64,000 nucleotides of DNA from Bacteroidetes bacterium GWB2_32_14 (GTDB lineage: Bacteria > Bacteroidota > Bacteroidia > Bacteroidales > UBA12077). Made by a program: the position numbers and the translations under genes. The stretch lies in the NCBI GenBank assembly GCA_001768235.1, contig MENK01000001.1, positions 82,267 through 146,266 of the forward strand, read 5' to 3'. Under the pieces are notes generated by a model. The model searched no databases and was not told the DNA's origin. It saw nothing but the letters and a program-made list of their open reading frames with translations. This document shows positions 25,971-35,096 of the stretch, piece by piece (position 1 is the first letter of the stretch; every line of letters begins with the position of its first letter).

Positions 25971-26175
25971 AAAATTTAGAATTTAGAATAACTCATTTCT
26001 GCCCAGGATTTTGCCATGGGGCTAATCATTAAATAAAATAGTTTTAAATACAACAGTATCAATACAGAAGCAAATCGATTATAAAAAATCTTTGTAAATA
26101 AATGCAATTTATTTTCTGAATTATTAAAATTAATCCTAAGTCTGTTCAAGAGTTTTTAATATCTTTAAACCAAAA

Positions 26176-28392
26176 ATGCCTTTCCCCTTTTACCAACAGT
26201 TAGATGCCATGGATTGCGGCCCTTCGTGCCTGCGCATGATTGCGAAACATTATGGCAAGTCGTTTTCCTTACAAACCTTGCGCGATAAAAGCTATATTAC
26301 CCGCGAGGGTGTTTCTATGCTGGGTATTAGCGATGCAGCAGAAGCAATTGGATTTCGCAGCATGGGTGTTCGAATTACTTTCGAGCAGTTACTAAACGAA
26401 GCACCAATGCCTTGTATAGCACATTGGAAGCAAAATCACTTTGTGGTGGTTTATAAAATCAAACAAATTCTCCCGTCCCCCTTTAGAAAAGGAGGAGTAT
26501 TTGTACATGTGGCCGATCCGGCACGGGGATTGATAAAATTTACCAAGGAAGAGTTTATGTCGGGTTGGGCTAACACGAAAGAAGCGGGCGAAGATAAAGG
26601 TTTGTGCCTATTGCTGGAAACAACTCCCGACTTTTACAAGTCCGATAATGAAAAATTAAACAAATCGGGTTTCAAATTTTTGTTTTCGTATTTACGACCG
26701 TATAAAAAACTGATTATTCAGCTGGTATTAGGTTTATTGCTGGGTAGTTTATTGCAACTTATTTTTCCATTTTTAACCCAGAGCATTGTCGATAAAGGTA
26801 TCAATAACCAGGATTTGAGCTTTGTAACACTCATTATTATTGCACAACTGGTACTTATTTTTTCGCGAACTATAGTTGAATTTATTCGGAGCTGGATTTT
26901 ATTGCACCTGGGTACACGAATCAATATTTCGTTAATATCCGATTTTCTGATTAAATTAATGAAGTTACCGGTTTCCTTTTTCGATACTAAAATGATTGGT
27001 GACCTTATTCAACGAATTGGCGACCATAAACGTATCGAAAACTTTTTAACATCATCTACATTAAATATCCTGTTCTCATTTGTTAACCTGATCATATTTG
27101 GCATTGTTCTTCTTACATACAGTGTAAACATATTTCTTATTTTCCTTATAGGAAGTACATTATACACGCTTTGGATTTACCTGTTCATGAAAAAACGACG
27201 CGATTTGGATAATCGGAAGTTTGCCCAACTTTCGAGTAATCAAAGCAATGTAATTCAGTTGATTACCGGAATGCAGGAAATAAAACTGAACAACTGTGAA
27301 AAGCAAAAACGATGGGAGTGGGAGAGTATCCAGGCCAAGTTGTTCAAAGTAAATATGGATAGCTTATCATTGAGTCAGTACCAGCAGGCTGGCGGGGTTT
27401 TTATTAACGAAATAAAAAACATTGCAATCACGTTTATTGCAGCCAAATCAGTTATCGACGGACAAATGACTCTGGGTATGATGCTGGCAGTGCAATACAT
27501 CATTGGCCAGTTAAACAGCCCGATTAATCAAATGATTGGATTCTTGCAGGCTACCCAGGATGCGAAAATAAGCCTGGAACGCTTAGGTGAGATTCATCAA
27601 CGCGACAATGAAGAGTCGGACGAAACGCCTAAAATAAGTATTCTGCCTGAACACCGTGATTTAAATATTGATTTAATATCATTCCAGTACGAGGGGCCTC
27701 ATTCGCCTTTTGTGCTCGAAAATGTTGAATTAAATATCCCCGAGAAAAAAATTACAGCTGTAGTAGGTACCAGCGGTAGTGGTAAAACCACACTAATCAA
27801 GCTTTTACTTGGATTTTACGAGCCACAGAAAGGCAAAATAAAACTGGGTGATATTTACCTGAACAATATCAGTAATCGTATGTGGCGCGATAAGTGTGGT
27901 GTTGTTATGCAGGATGGATTTATTTTCTCCGATTCAATAGCAAATAATATTTCTGTTTCAGACGAGTTTCCCGATCGCGAAAAATTACTAAATGCCGTAA
28001 AGGTGGCCAATATACAGGATTTTATTGAATCTCTGCCTTTGGGCTATAATACAAAAATCGGACAGAATGGTGTTGGATTGAGCCAGGGGCAGAAACAACG
28101 AATACTCATTGCCCGTGCGGTGTATAAAAACCCTGAATTTATTTTCCTTGATGAGGCTACCAATGCACTCGACGCAAATAATGAACGTGTTATCATGGAA
28201 AACCTCGATCAGTTTTTTAAAGGGAAAACAGTTGTAGTTGTTGCACACCGATTGAGTACTGTAAAAAATGCCGACCAGATTGTAGTTTTGGAGCAAGGGA
28301 AAATAGTAGAAAGAGGTACCCATGCAGAGTTAACCAGGAAGAAAGGTGCTTATTACGAGTTGGTGAGGAATCAGTTGGAGTTAGGGAATTAA
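26176..28392 (+). CDS. Peptidase-C39-domain ABC transporter (double-glycine leader cleavage and export)
   Basis: N-terminal C39 with a candidate catalytic set (Q in 'YQQLD', C in 'MDCGPSC', H in 'QNHFVVV', D in 'VADPA'). Six-TM ABC membrane domain. Walker A 'GTSGSGKTT', signature 'LSQGQKQR', Walker B 'IFLDEATNALD'. Confidence 0.9.
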   Translation: MPFPFYQQLDAMDCGPSCLRMIAKHYGKSFSLQTLRDKSYITREGVSMLGISDAAEAIGFRSMGVRITFEQLLNEAPMPCIAHWKQNHFVVVYKIKQILPSPFRKGGVFVHVADPARGLIKFTKEEFMSGWANTKEAGEDKGLCLLLETTPDFYKSDNEKLNKSGFKFLFSYLRPYKKLIIQLVLGLLLGSLLQLIFPFLTQSIVDKGINNQDLSFVTLIIIAQLVLIFSRTIVEFIRSWILLHLGTRINISLISDFLIKLMKLPVSFFDTKMIGDLIQRIGDHKRIENFLTSSTLNILFSFVNLIIFGIVLLTYSVNIFLIFLIGSTLYTLWIYLFMKKRRDLDNRKFAQLSSNQSNVIQLITGMQEIKLNNCEKQKRWEWESIQAKLFKVNMDSLSLSQYQQAGGVFINEIKNIAITFIAAKSVIDGQMTLGMMLAVQYIIGQLNSPINQMIGFLQATQDAKISLERLGEIHQRDNEESDETPKISILPEHRDLNIDLISFQYEGPHSPFVLENVELNIPEKKITAVVGTSGSGKTTLIKLLLGFYEPQKGKIKLGDIYLNNISNRMWRDKCGVVMQDGFIFSDSIANNISVSDEFPDREKLLNAVKVANIQDFIESLPLGYNTKIGQNGVGLSQGQKQRILIARAVYKNPEFIFLDEATNALDANNERVIMENLDQFFKGKTVVVVAHRLSTVKNADQIVVLEQGKIVERGTHAELTRKKGAYYELVRNQLELGN

Positions 28393-28490
28393 AAAAGTTG
28401 CAGCAGTATGTAGCAGCAGGAAGCGGAAGTATTTAGTTAAGGTTAGTTGGTAGTATAAAAATTATAACTAAAATTTTAATATAATAGACA

Positions 28491-28862
28491 ATGGAGTTTG
28501 GGTTTAAACAGTTAAAAGTTTACCAAAAGGCATATCAGCTCGCAAAAGAGATATTTGAAATCAGCAAATCATTTCCTATAGAAGAGAAGTATTCTTTAAC
28601 AGATCAGATAAGAAGATCATCAAGAGCTGTTTGTGCTAATATTGCGGAAGCATATCGAAAAAGACGATATCCTAAACACTTTACATGTAAAATTACTGAC
28701 TCAGACGCTGAAGCTAGTGAGACTGTTGTTTGGCTTAATTTTGCAATGGATTCTAATTACATTTCTAAAGAAATTCAAATGCGATTAGAAAATGAATATG
28801 AAGAAGTTGAAAGAATGTTAGGTTCAATGGCCGATCATCCTGAAAAATTTTTACCAAAATAA
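28491..28862 (+). CDS. Four-helix-bundle protein ('23S rRNA intervening-sequence protein' family)
   Basis: 'FKQLKVYQKAYQLAKEIFEISKSFP..EKYSLTDQIRRSSRAVCANIAEAY' is the typical family signature. Wedged between the exporter and HlyD genes. Confidence 0.8.
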   Translation: MEFGFKQLKVYQKAYQLAKEIFEISKSFPIEEKYSLTDQIRRSSRAVCANIAEAYRKRRYPKHFTCKITDSDAEASETVVWLNFAMDSNYISKEIQMRLENEYEEVERMLGSMADHPEKFLPK

Positions 28863-28910
28863 ATTATACTGCATACTGCAACTGTCAACTGCAGCTTAAT
28901 AATAAATAGT

Positions 28911-30206
28911 ATGGAAGAACAAAATAAAATTGAACTTCGCTCGAATGATGTACAAGAAATTCTCAGCCGTCCACCAAAATGGATTGTGCGATGGGGTATT
29001 ACAATAATTCTGATTGTTGTTGTTATCTTGATTGCAGGGAGTTGGTTTTTTAAATATCCCGACATTATTACTGCAAAAATAGTATTGACTACAGAAAACC
29101 CACCATCTCCCGTAGTTGCTAAAACATCGGGCAAAATTCAGAACTTGTTTGTTACCGATAAGCAGGAAGTAAAAAAGAATCAGGTATTGGCAGTTATCGA
29201 GAATCCCGCAAATTTCAATGATATAAGTATAATCATTGAAAAATTAAACAACTTTAATTCAGATTCTTATTCCAATGAAATTTTTTCAGGGAGTTATAAT
29301 CTTGGCACTATTCAATCCTATTATGCTGATTTTATCAGAAATCTTGATGAATACCAAAAACTTGTTCAGATGGATTATCACCAGAAAAAAATCAATCTCT
29401 TGAAAAAAGAAATTATACAATACACAAAATACCTCGCAAATTTAAAAGTGCAAAACAACCTGCAAAAAAGAGAATACGAATTAATAGTGAACCAATTCTA
29501 TCGTGATTCAACTTTACACGATCAGCAGTTAATATCTGAGGCTGAATTTGAGAAATCGAAGTCATCCTTATTGTCAAAACAGTTTAGTCTTGAACAATCA
29601 AACATTGCACTTACCAATACCGAAATTCAGGTTCAAAATATTGAGCAGAGCATAGCAGAACTTGAGCTGCAGGAAGAAAAACAATTGTCGGATAAAAAGC
29701 TGCTAATCAAACAGTCGTGTGAAAATTTAATTGCAGCTATCGATTCCTGGAAATACCAGTATGTTTTAATTGCATCAACCGATGGTAAAGTTACATTTAA
29801 CAAGTTCTGGAATGAGAATCAATCGGTAAAATCAGGAGAAACAGTACTTACAATAATTCCGGATAATGAGGGTGAAATAATTGGTAAGGTTCAATTGTCG
29901 TTTCAGGGTGCCGGGAAAGTAAAAGAAGGACAACAGGTAAATATTCGATTCGATAATTATCCATATATGGAATTTGGAATGGTTAAAGGAGTGGTAAAAT
30001 CAATATCGCAAGTTCCCGATAATGATTATTATACTGCCGAAATACAGTTGCCCGGCGGATTAATTACATTTTACAATGAAAAACTCGATTTTAAGCAGGA
30101 AATGCAAGGTACAGCAGAGATTGTAACTGAAGATTTCCGGTTATTGGAACGTATTGTAAGGCCATTGCGGTACGTTTTAAATAAAAATACTAAGTTTGGG
30201 GGTTAA
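28911..30206 (+). CDS. HlyD-family membrane fusion/accessory protein for the peptide exporter
   Basis: N-terminal TM helix, long coiled-coil middle and a C-terminal beta-barrel-like region, immediately downstream of the C39 ABC transporter. Confidence 0.8.
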   Translation: MEEQNKIELRSNDVQEILSRPPKWIVRWGITIILIVVVILIAGSWFFKYPDIITAKIVLTTENPPSPVVAKTSGKIQNLFVTDKQEVKKNQVLAVIENPANFNDISIIIEKLNNFNSDSYSNEIFSGSYNLGTIQSYYADFIRNLDEYQKLVQMDYHQKKINLLKKEIIQYTKYLANLKVQNNLQKREYELIVNQFYRDSTLHDQQLISEAEFEKSKSSLLSKQFSLEQSNIALTNTEIQVQNIEQSIAELELQEEKQLSDKKLLIKQSCENLIAAIDSWKYQYVLIASTDGKVTFNKFWNENQSVKSGETVLTIIPDNEGEIIGKVQLSFQGAGKVKEGQQVNIRFDNYPYMEFGMVKGVVKSISQVPDNDYYTAEIQLPGGLITFYNEKLDFKQEMQGTAEIVTEDFRLLERIVRPLRYVLNKNTKFGG

Positions 30207-30396
30207 AAAGTTGTCAGAATTCAGAAATACGTTTACTTTGATATTATAGTATAAATAACGTTTTTAAAAAATGAAAAGAATATTTATTAAAAATAGGGAT
30301 GAATCATGAACCCTGAGAATTTAATTTATTTCTGAATCCTGTTTTTGATTAAATGGTATCACGATAATATTGATGGATTTTAAAATATAGATTGAA

Positions 30397-31125
30397 ATGT
30401 TAAAACATCCTTTTGGAATATATAATTTCCCTGTTAAATCGTACGATTCAGATCAGAATGGGAGATTAACTCTTCAGACACTGTTTCATTTCTTGCAAGA
30501 ATGTGCTTGGAATAATGCCCGAATGAACGATTTTGGTTACGAGTATCTCGAAAAAGAAAACACATACTGGGTTTTATCACGTGTATTGGTTCAAATAAAT
30601 GAATATCCTGAATGGAAAGATGAAATCAGCATAAAGACATGGCCTAAAGGTGCCGATGGATATTTTGCCTTACGTGATTTTCTTATTTTTAAAGATGACA
30701 AAGTAATTGGCCGTGCAACAACATCGTGGCTGATTCTCGATCGTGAAACAAAACGTCCCCGACGACTCGAAAATTTCAATTTTATTCACCAAAATTTTTT
30801 AAACGAAAGTGCCATTGATAAAAAACCGGATAAAATAAATTTGAATACAAGTTTGGCTGAACTCGATCGGCGCAAAGTATATCCGAGTGATTTAGATGTG
30901 AATAAACACGTGAATAATGCTACTTATGTTCGCTGGATGCTTGATGCTTATTTTTCGAATCATTCAAAATTAATTTCTGAATTTGAAATTAATTTTTTAT
31001 CTGAATTACTCATGCATGATGAATTTACAGTATTTGAAAGTTATACTAACGAAGAATTGTTTTATATCCTGAAAACTAACCAAGATAAAGAAGTTTGCAA
31101 AGCAAGATTGATTGCAAGCAAATAG
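30397..31125 (+). CDS. Acyl-ACP thioesterase
   Basis: Double hot-dog layout. 'LQECAWNNA...YWVLSR' and 'DLDVNKHVNNATYVRW' resemble FatA/B-like thioesterases. Confidence 0.75.
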   Translation: MLKHPFGIYNFPVKSYDSDQNGRLTLQTLFHFLQECAWNNARMNDFGYEYLEKENTYWVLSRVLVQINEYPEWKDEISIKTWPKGADGYFALRDFLIFKDDKVIGRATTSWLILDRETKRPRRLENFNFIHQNFLNESAIDKKPDKINLNTSLAELDRRKVYPSDLDVNKHVNNATYVRWMLDAYFSNHSKLISEFEINFLSELLMHDEFTVFESYTNEELFYILKTNQDKEVCKARLIASK

Positions 31126-31134
31126 AAATAAAAA

Positions 31135-31163
31135 TGCCTAAAACAGTATTATCATTTTAGGCA
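31135..31163. terminator. Bidirectional hairpin between convergent genes
   Basis: TGCCTAAAA / TTTTAGGCA 9-bp stem. Confidence 0.6.
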
Positions 31164-31189
31164 CTTATAATTTTAAATTTTAGGTATTT

Positions 31190-31573
31190 CTAAAATGGTA
31201 AATCATCAGGTTCGTTTTCAGGCGGAACATCATCCATAGTTGGAAGTGGTGGCATATCGTCATTTCTTCGCTGGTTTTGATTTTGCACTTTTTCAATTCG
31301 CCATGCATCAAGATTAGTAAAATAATTTACTTTTCCTTCTTTTTCCCACTTATTTCCACGTATGTTAAAACTAACCTTTATTTCATCGTTCATATTCAGT
31401 TGCTCAATAAGATTACATTTATCCTGGGTTAACTGAAATTTGATAAAATCCTTGAAATCCAATCCTCCGTTCGATTCTTTGGCTTCAATTACAAATTCAC
31501 GTTTCTTAAAGCGATCGCTCACCTGAACGGTATTGTATTTTTCTACTAACTTTCCTGTAATTTCGAAACTCAT
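31190..31573 (-). CDS. DUF3127-like OB-fold protein with an acidic Pro-rich tail
   Basis: 'MSFEITGKLVEKYNTVQVSDRFKKREFVIE' is a typical DUF3127 N-terminus. Confidence 0.65.
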   Translation of the reverse strand: MSFEITGKLVEKYNTVQVSDRFKKREFVIEAKESNGGLDFKDFIKFQLTQDKCNLIEQLNMNDEIKVSFNIRGNKWEKEGKVNYFTNLDAWRIEKVQNQNQRRNDDMPPLPTMDDVPPENEPDDLPF

Positions 31574-31575
31574 AA

Positions 31576-32010
31576 TTAGTCCTCGTGAATGATTATTTTT
31601 TCAATTACATCACCTTGCCTTATTTTATCAATTACTTCAAGCCCTTCGTAAATTTTTCCGAAAACGGTATGATTACGATCGAGATGTTGGGTGTTTTCGC
31701 GGTTGTGGCAAATAAAAAATTGCGATCCTCCTGTATCTCTGCCTGCATGAGCCATAGAAAGTACACCGCGGTCGTGGTACTGGTTATTTCCAGTTAGTTC
31801 ACATTTAATAGTATAACCCGGGCCACCCATTCCTGTTCCTTCTGGGCATCCACCCTGGATAACAAAATTTGGAATTACACGATGAAATGTTAGTCCATCG
31901 TAATATCCCTGTTTCGATAACTTAACAAAATTTGCAACAGTTCCGGGTGCATCTTCTTCAAAGAATTTCACCATTAGAGTTCCTTTTGCTGTTTTAATTT
32001 CTGCTTTCAT
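31576..32010 (-). CDS. Cyclophilin-type peptidyl-prolyl cis-trans isomerase
   Basis: '[13 protein letters not shown]', 'GGSQFFI' and 'HTVFGK' motifs. Confidence 0.9.
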   Translation of the reverse strand: MKAEIKTAKGTLMVKFFEEDAPGTVANFVKLSKQGYYDGLTFHRVIPNFVIQGGCPEGTGMGGPGYTIKCELTGNNQYHDRGVLSMAHAGRDTGGSQFFICHNRENTQHLDRNHTVFGKIYEGLEVIDKIRQGDVIEKIIIHED

Positions 32011-32076
32011 TTTTCAACTGTTTTAAATAAAACAAGCACGTGAATAACGTGCTTGATAAAACTATATAAACACAAT

Positions 32077-32826
32077 TTATTTTGATTTGTTCGTTTTTTT
32101 CTGATTTAAGCTTACATTTTTTGGTTCTTCAGCAGGAACATCCATAACTTCCAATAACTCAACTTCAAAAATTAAAGCCATGTTTGCTTCAAGTTTTCCT
32201 CCTGGACGAACTCTTGTTCCATAACCCAATTCGGTAGGAATATAAAATTTGAATTTGGCACCTTCTTTCATAAGCTGCAAACCTTCAGTCCAACCTGTTA
32301 TAACTCCATTTAATCTGAATTCTGCCGGTTTATTTCTTTCGTATGAACTGTCAAACTCAGTACCATCAATTAAAGTCCCACGATAGTTTACTTTTACCAT
32401 ATCAGTTGCTGTTGGAGTTTTTCCGGTACCTTCAGTTATTATTTCATACTGCAAACCACTGGCAGTAGTAATTACTCCTTCACGTTTTTTATTTTCTTCC
32501 AAAAATGCTCTTCCATCTGTCAGGTTTTTTTCCATTGCTTTATTGCGTAACTCTGTAAAGTATTTGTTAAGCATAATTTTTATGGTGTCTTTACTAAATG
32601 CAGTTTCTTTATCTGAAAAAACATCGTCAAGTCCTTTGATAAATGCATCGTATTCTAAACCTTCGAATTTGGCACTTTTTAAACTGTTTGCAATATCAAC
32701 ACCAATAATATAGCTTACAGTGTCTTTATCTGTTTTTAAATTTACTTTAGATGGAACTTGTTGCCCACATGATGTTGCAATAATTGCAAAAGCAAATACA
32801 GTTAATAATAAGTTTGTAATTTTCAT
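32077..32826 (-). CDS. FKBP-type peptidyl-prolyl isomerase lipoprotein (FkpA/Mip-like)
   Basis: Lipoprotein signal ('ATSCG'), dimerisation helix and an FKBP core ('YRGTLIDGTEFDSS', 'LIFEVELL'). Confidence 0.85.
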   Translation of the reverse strand: MKITNLLLTVFAFAIIATSCGQQVPSKVNLKTDKDTVSYIIGVDIANSLKSAKFEGLEYDAFIKGLDDVFSDKETAFSKDTIKIMLNKYFTELRNKAMEKNLTDGRAFLEENKKREGVITTASGLQYEIITEGTGKTPTATDMVKVNYRGTLIDGTEFDSSYERNKPAEFRLNGVITGWTEGLQLMKEGAKFKFYIPTELGYGTRVRPGGKLEANMALIFEVELLEVMDVPAEEPKNVSLNQKKTNKSK

Positions 32827-32972
32827 AAAATTTATTTTTAAGTTTTTATTCGTTTTTTAATTTGAATTGCAAAGGTGATGAATTTATTTTTAATGTCAAA
32901 CACACCCGATTTAAAAAATGTTAAAAATTTAGTTGAAATATTGTACTTAATATTTATGATTTCAGTTTTTCA

Positions 32973-33632
32973 TTATTCATTTTTCTCTGCTCTGAGTATA
33001 TGTCTTTTTCCCGGGGGGCCTGCCAATCTTATAACTTTAAAACCTGCATCACGGAGATTTTGTTTTACACTTCCTTTTGAACTATAAGTAACTAAAATAC
33101 CATTCGGATTTAATGAATCATAAATTTTTTTAAAGTTCTCCGAACTCCACATTTCGGGTTGAATATCAGGTCCAAAGGCATCAAAATAAACAAGATCATA
33201 AAAATCTGTAAATCGATATTTATTCAAATCTGCATTTATTTTTTGAAGATAAAAATCTGTATGAATCATTACATTTTGGTTCCATGCACATTCATGCATC
33301 TTACTAAAAGTATCTATTAGTGTTGGATTAATAACTCCGGCATAATTTAAATTGCTTATCAATTTTAAATCCAATGGATATAGTTCTAATGCAGTGTAAT
33401 TTACCAGTGTGTTTTTTAAAATAGCCGTTTCACAAGTTAAGATAGCATTTAAACCTGTTCCAAATCCAACCTCCAATACATGAATTTTATTTTTTGTAAT
33501 AAATTGAAATCCGTTTTTTATAAAAACGTGCATTGATTCAGTATAAGCTCCGAAAGTAGAATGATAATGCTCGTTTAATTTCGAATTATACAGGGTTAAT
33601 GAGCCATCCAGAGTTTTTTTTATTTCCAGCAA
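32973..33632 (-). CDS. mnmD: tRNA (mnm5s2U34) methyltransferase MnmD-like (stand-alone MnmC methyltransferase domain)
   Basis: 'DGSLTLYNSKLNEHYHS..GA..ES.HVF', 'VLEVGFGTGLN' and 'DLVYFDAFGP' match the MnmC C-terminal/DUF752-type domain. Confidence 0.65.
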   Translation of the reverse strand: MLEIKKTLDGSLTLYNSKLNEHYHSTFGAYTESMHVFIKNGFQFITKNKIHVLEVGFGTGLNAILTCETAILKNTLVNYTALELYPLDLKLISNLNYAGVINPTLIDTFSKMHECAWNQNVMIHTDFYLQKINADLNKYRFTDFYDLVYFDAFGPDIQPEMWSSENFKKIYDSLNPNGILVTYSSKGSVKQNLRDAGFKVIRLAGPPGKRHILRAEKNE

Positions 33633-33861
33633 TTTGATTTAGAATTATATAGAATGAGTTTTTTTATGATTTCAAAAATAGTTAAAAAAATAAAAATTTA
33701 GAATGATTCTTAATAATATGTAATTAATTGATTAATAGTTTAATTTTAAAAATGGTTTTATTGAATATCGATAAGTAATTATTTTACAGTATTTTAGTGT
33801 GTAAATCGTAATATTTTTTTTTGTTAATTGCAATCATATTTATTAACCAAAAAAATTACCT

Positions 33862-35046
33862 ATGAAAAAAAGATTTTTATTATTAGTGGCTTTAACCGGA
33901 TTTGTAGCTATAACCGGTTGCCAAAAAAGTGACTCTGTTTTAAATAAAGCTGATGAAGTAGCTTTTATCGAAAGTGATCCACAAAATGGGGCAATTATCG
34001 AAGGTCAGTATGTAGTTGTATTAAATGAAACTTCATTTAAATTTTCGCAGGAAAAAGCAGCCAGCTACCTTGAAAAACAAAATGAAGTAAAACAAATTGC
34101 TCAAAGTTATTTTAAATCACTAGGTGTAAATTATGAATTAAAACAAACTTACGCTGAAACATTAAAAGGATTTTGTGTAAAACTTTCAAAAGAAGATGCA
34201 GAAACACTTAAAAATGATAACAGTATTAAATATGTTCTTCCTGACAGAATGTATGTAATGGCAAAACCAGTTCCTGCACCACCAGCTGAATCAATTCCAT
34301 GGGGTATTACAAGAGTTGGTTATGGAAGCGGAGTAGGCAAAACAGCTTGGATTATTGATACAGGCGTTGATTTAGATCACCCAGATTTAACTGTAAATGC
34401 TTCTAGAGGATATGATTTCATCAACAATGATGCTTTAGCTGATGATGATAATGGACATGGATCACATTGTGCTGGTACTGTTGCTGCTATCGATAATACA
34501 ATAGGTGTTGTTGGTGTTGCTGCTGGTGCTACAATCGTTCCTGTTAAAGTTCTTGATAAAAGAGGTAGCGGAGCATATTCTGTTATTATTGCTGGTGTTG
34601 ATTTTGTTGGTGCAAATGCAAGTGCTGGTGATGCTGCTAACATGAGTTTAGGTGGTGGCGTATATGAAGCTATTGATTTAGCTGTTTATAATGCATCTCA
34701 AAAAGGTATTTTCTTTTCATTAGCTGCTGGTAATGAAACTGACGATGCTAACAATCATTCTCCTGCAAGAGTTAATGGCCCATATATCTGGACTATTTCT
34801 GCTATGGATGTTAATGATAACTTTGCTTCTTTCTCAAACTATGGCAATCCTCCAGTTGATTTTTGCGAACCTGGTGTTAGCATTTATTCAACTTATATGA
34901 ATGGCGGTTTTGCTACATTAAGCGGAACTTCTATGGCTGCTCCACACATGTGCGGTATTTTATTAATGACAAACGGACATCCTGTAACTGATGGATATGT
35001 AAATAACGATCCTGATGGAAATCCAGATCCAATAGGTACTATTTAA
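33862..35046 (+). CDS. Subtilisin-like S8 serine peptidase lipoprotein with an I9 propeptide
   Basis: Lipobox 'AITGC'. Catalytic triad contexts 'IIDTGVD', 'HGSHCAGT' and 'SGTSMAAPH'. Confidence 0.9.
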   Translation: MKKRFLLLVALTGFVAITGCQKSDSVLNKADEVAFIESDPQNGAIIEGQYVVVLNETSFKFSQEKAASYLEKQNEVKQIAQSYFKSLGVNYELKQTYAETLKGFCVKLSKEDAETLKNDNSIKYVLPDRMYVMAKPVPAPPAESIPWGITRVGYGSGVGKTAWIIDTGVDLDHPDLTVNASRGYDFINNDALADDDNGHGSHCAGTVAAIDNTIGVVGVAAGATIVPVKVLDKRGSGAYSVIIAGVDFVGANASAGDAANMSLGGGVYEAIDLAVYNASQKGIFFSLAAGNETDDANNHSPARVNGPYIWTISAMDVNDNFASFSNYGNPPVDFCEPGVSIYSTYMNGGFATLSGTSMAAPHMCGILLMTNGHPVTDGYVNNDPDGNPDPIGTI

Positions 35047-35067
35047 TACAAAAGAGTTTATCTTGTT

Positions 35068-35096
35068 AAGGCCGTTAGAAATAACGGCCTTTTTTA
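35068..35096. terminator. Intrinsic terminator hairpin with T-tract, shared by convergent genes
   Basis: AAGGCCGTT agaaat AACGGCCTT followed by TTTT. Confidence 0.7.

Noticed and set aside
33862-35046. Different-looking codon usage in the S8 peptidase gene (GCT/GGT/GTT-rich), considered as a sign of horizontal transfer.
   Set aside because: The bias is explained by the Ala/Gly/Val-rich subtilisin core. There are no flanking mobility genes or repeats, and I cannot compute codon statistics here.
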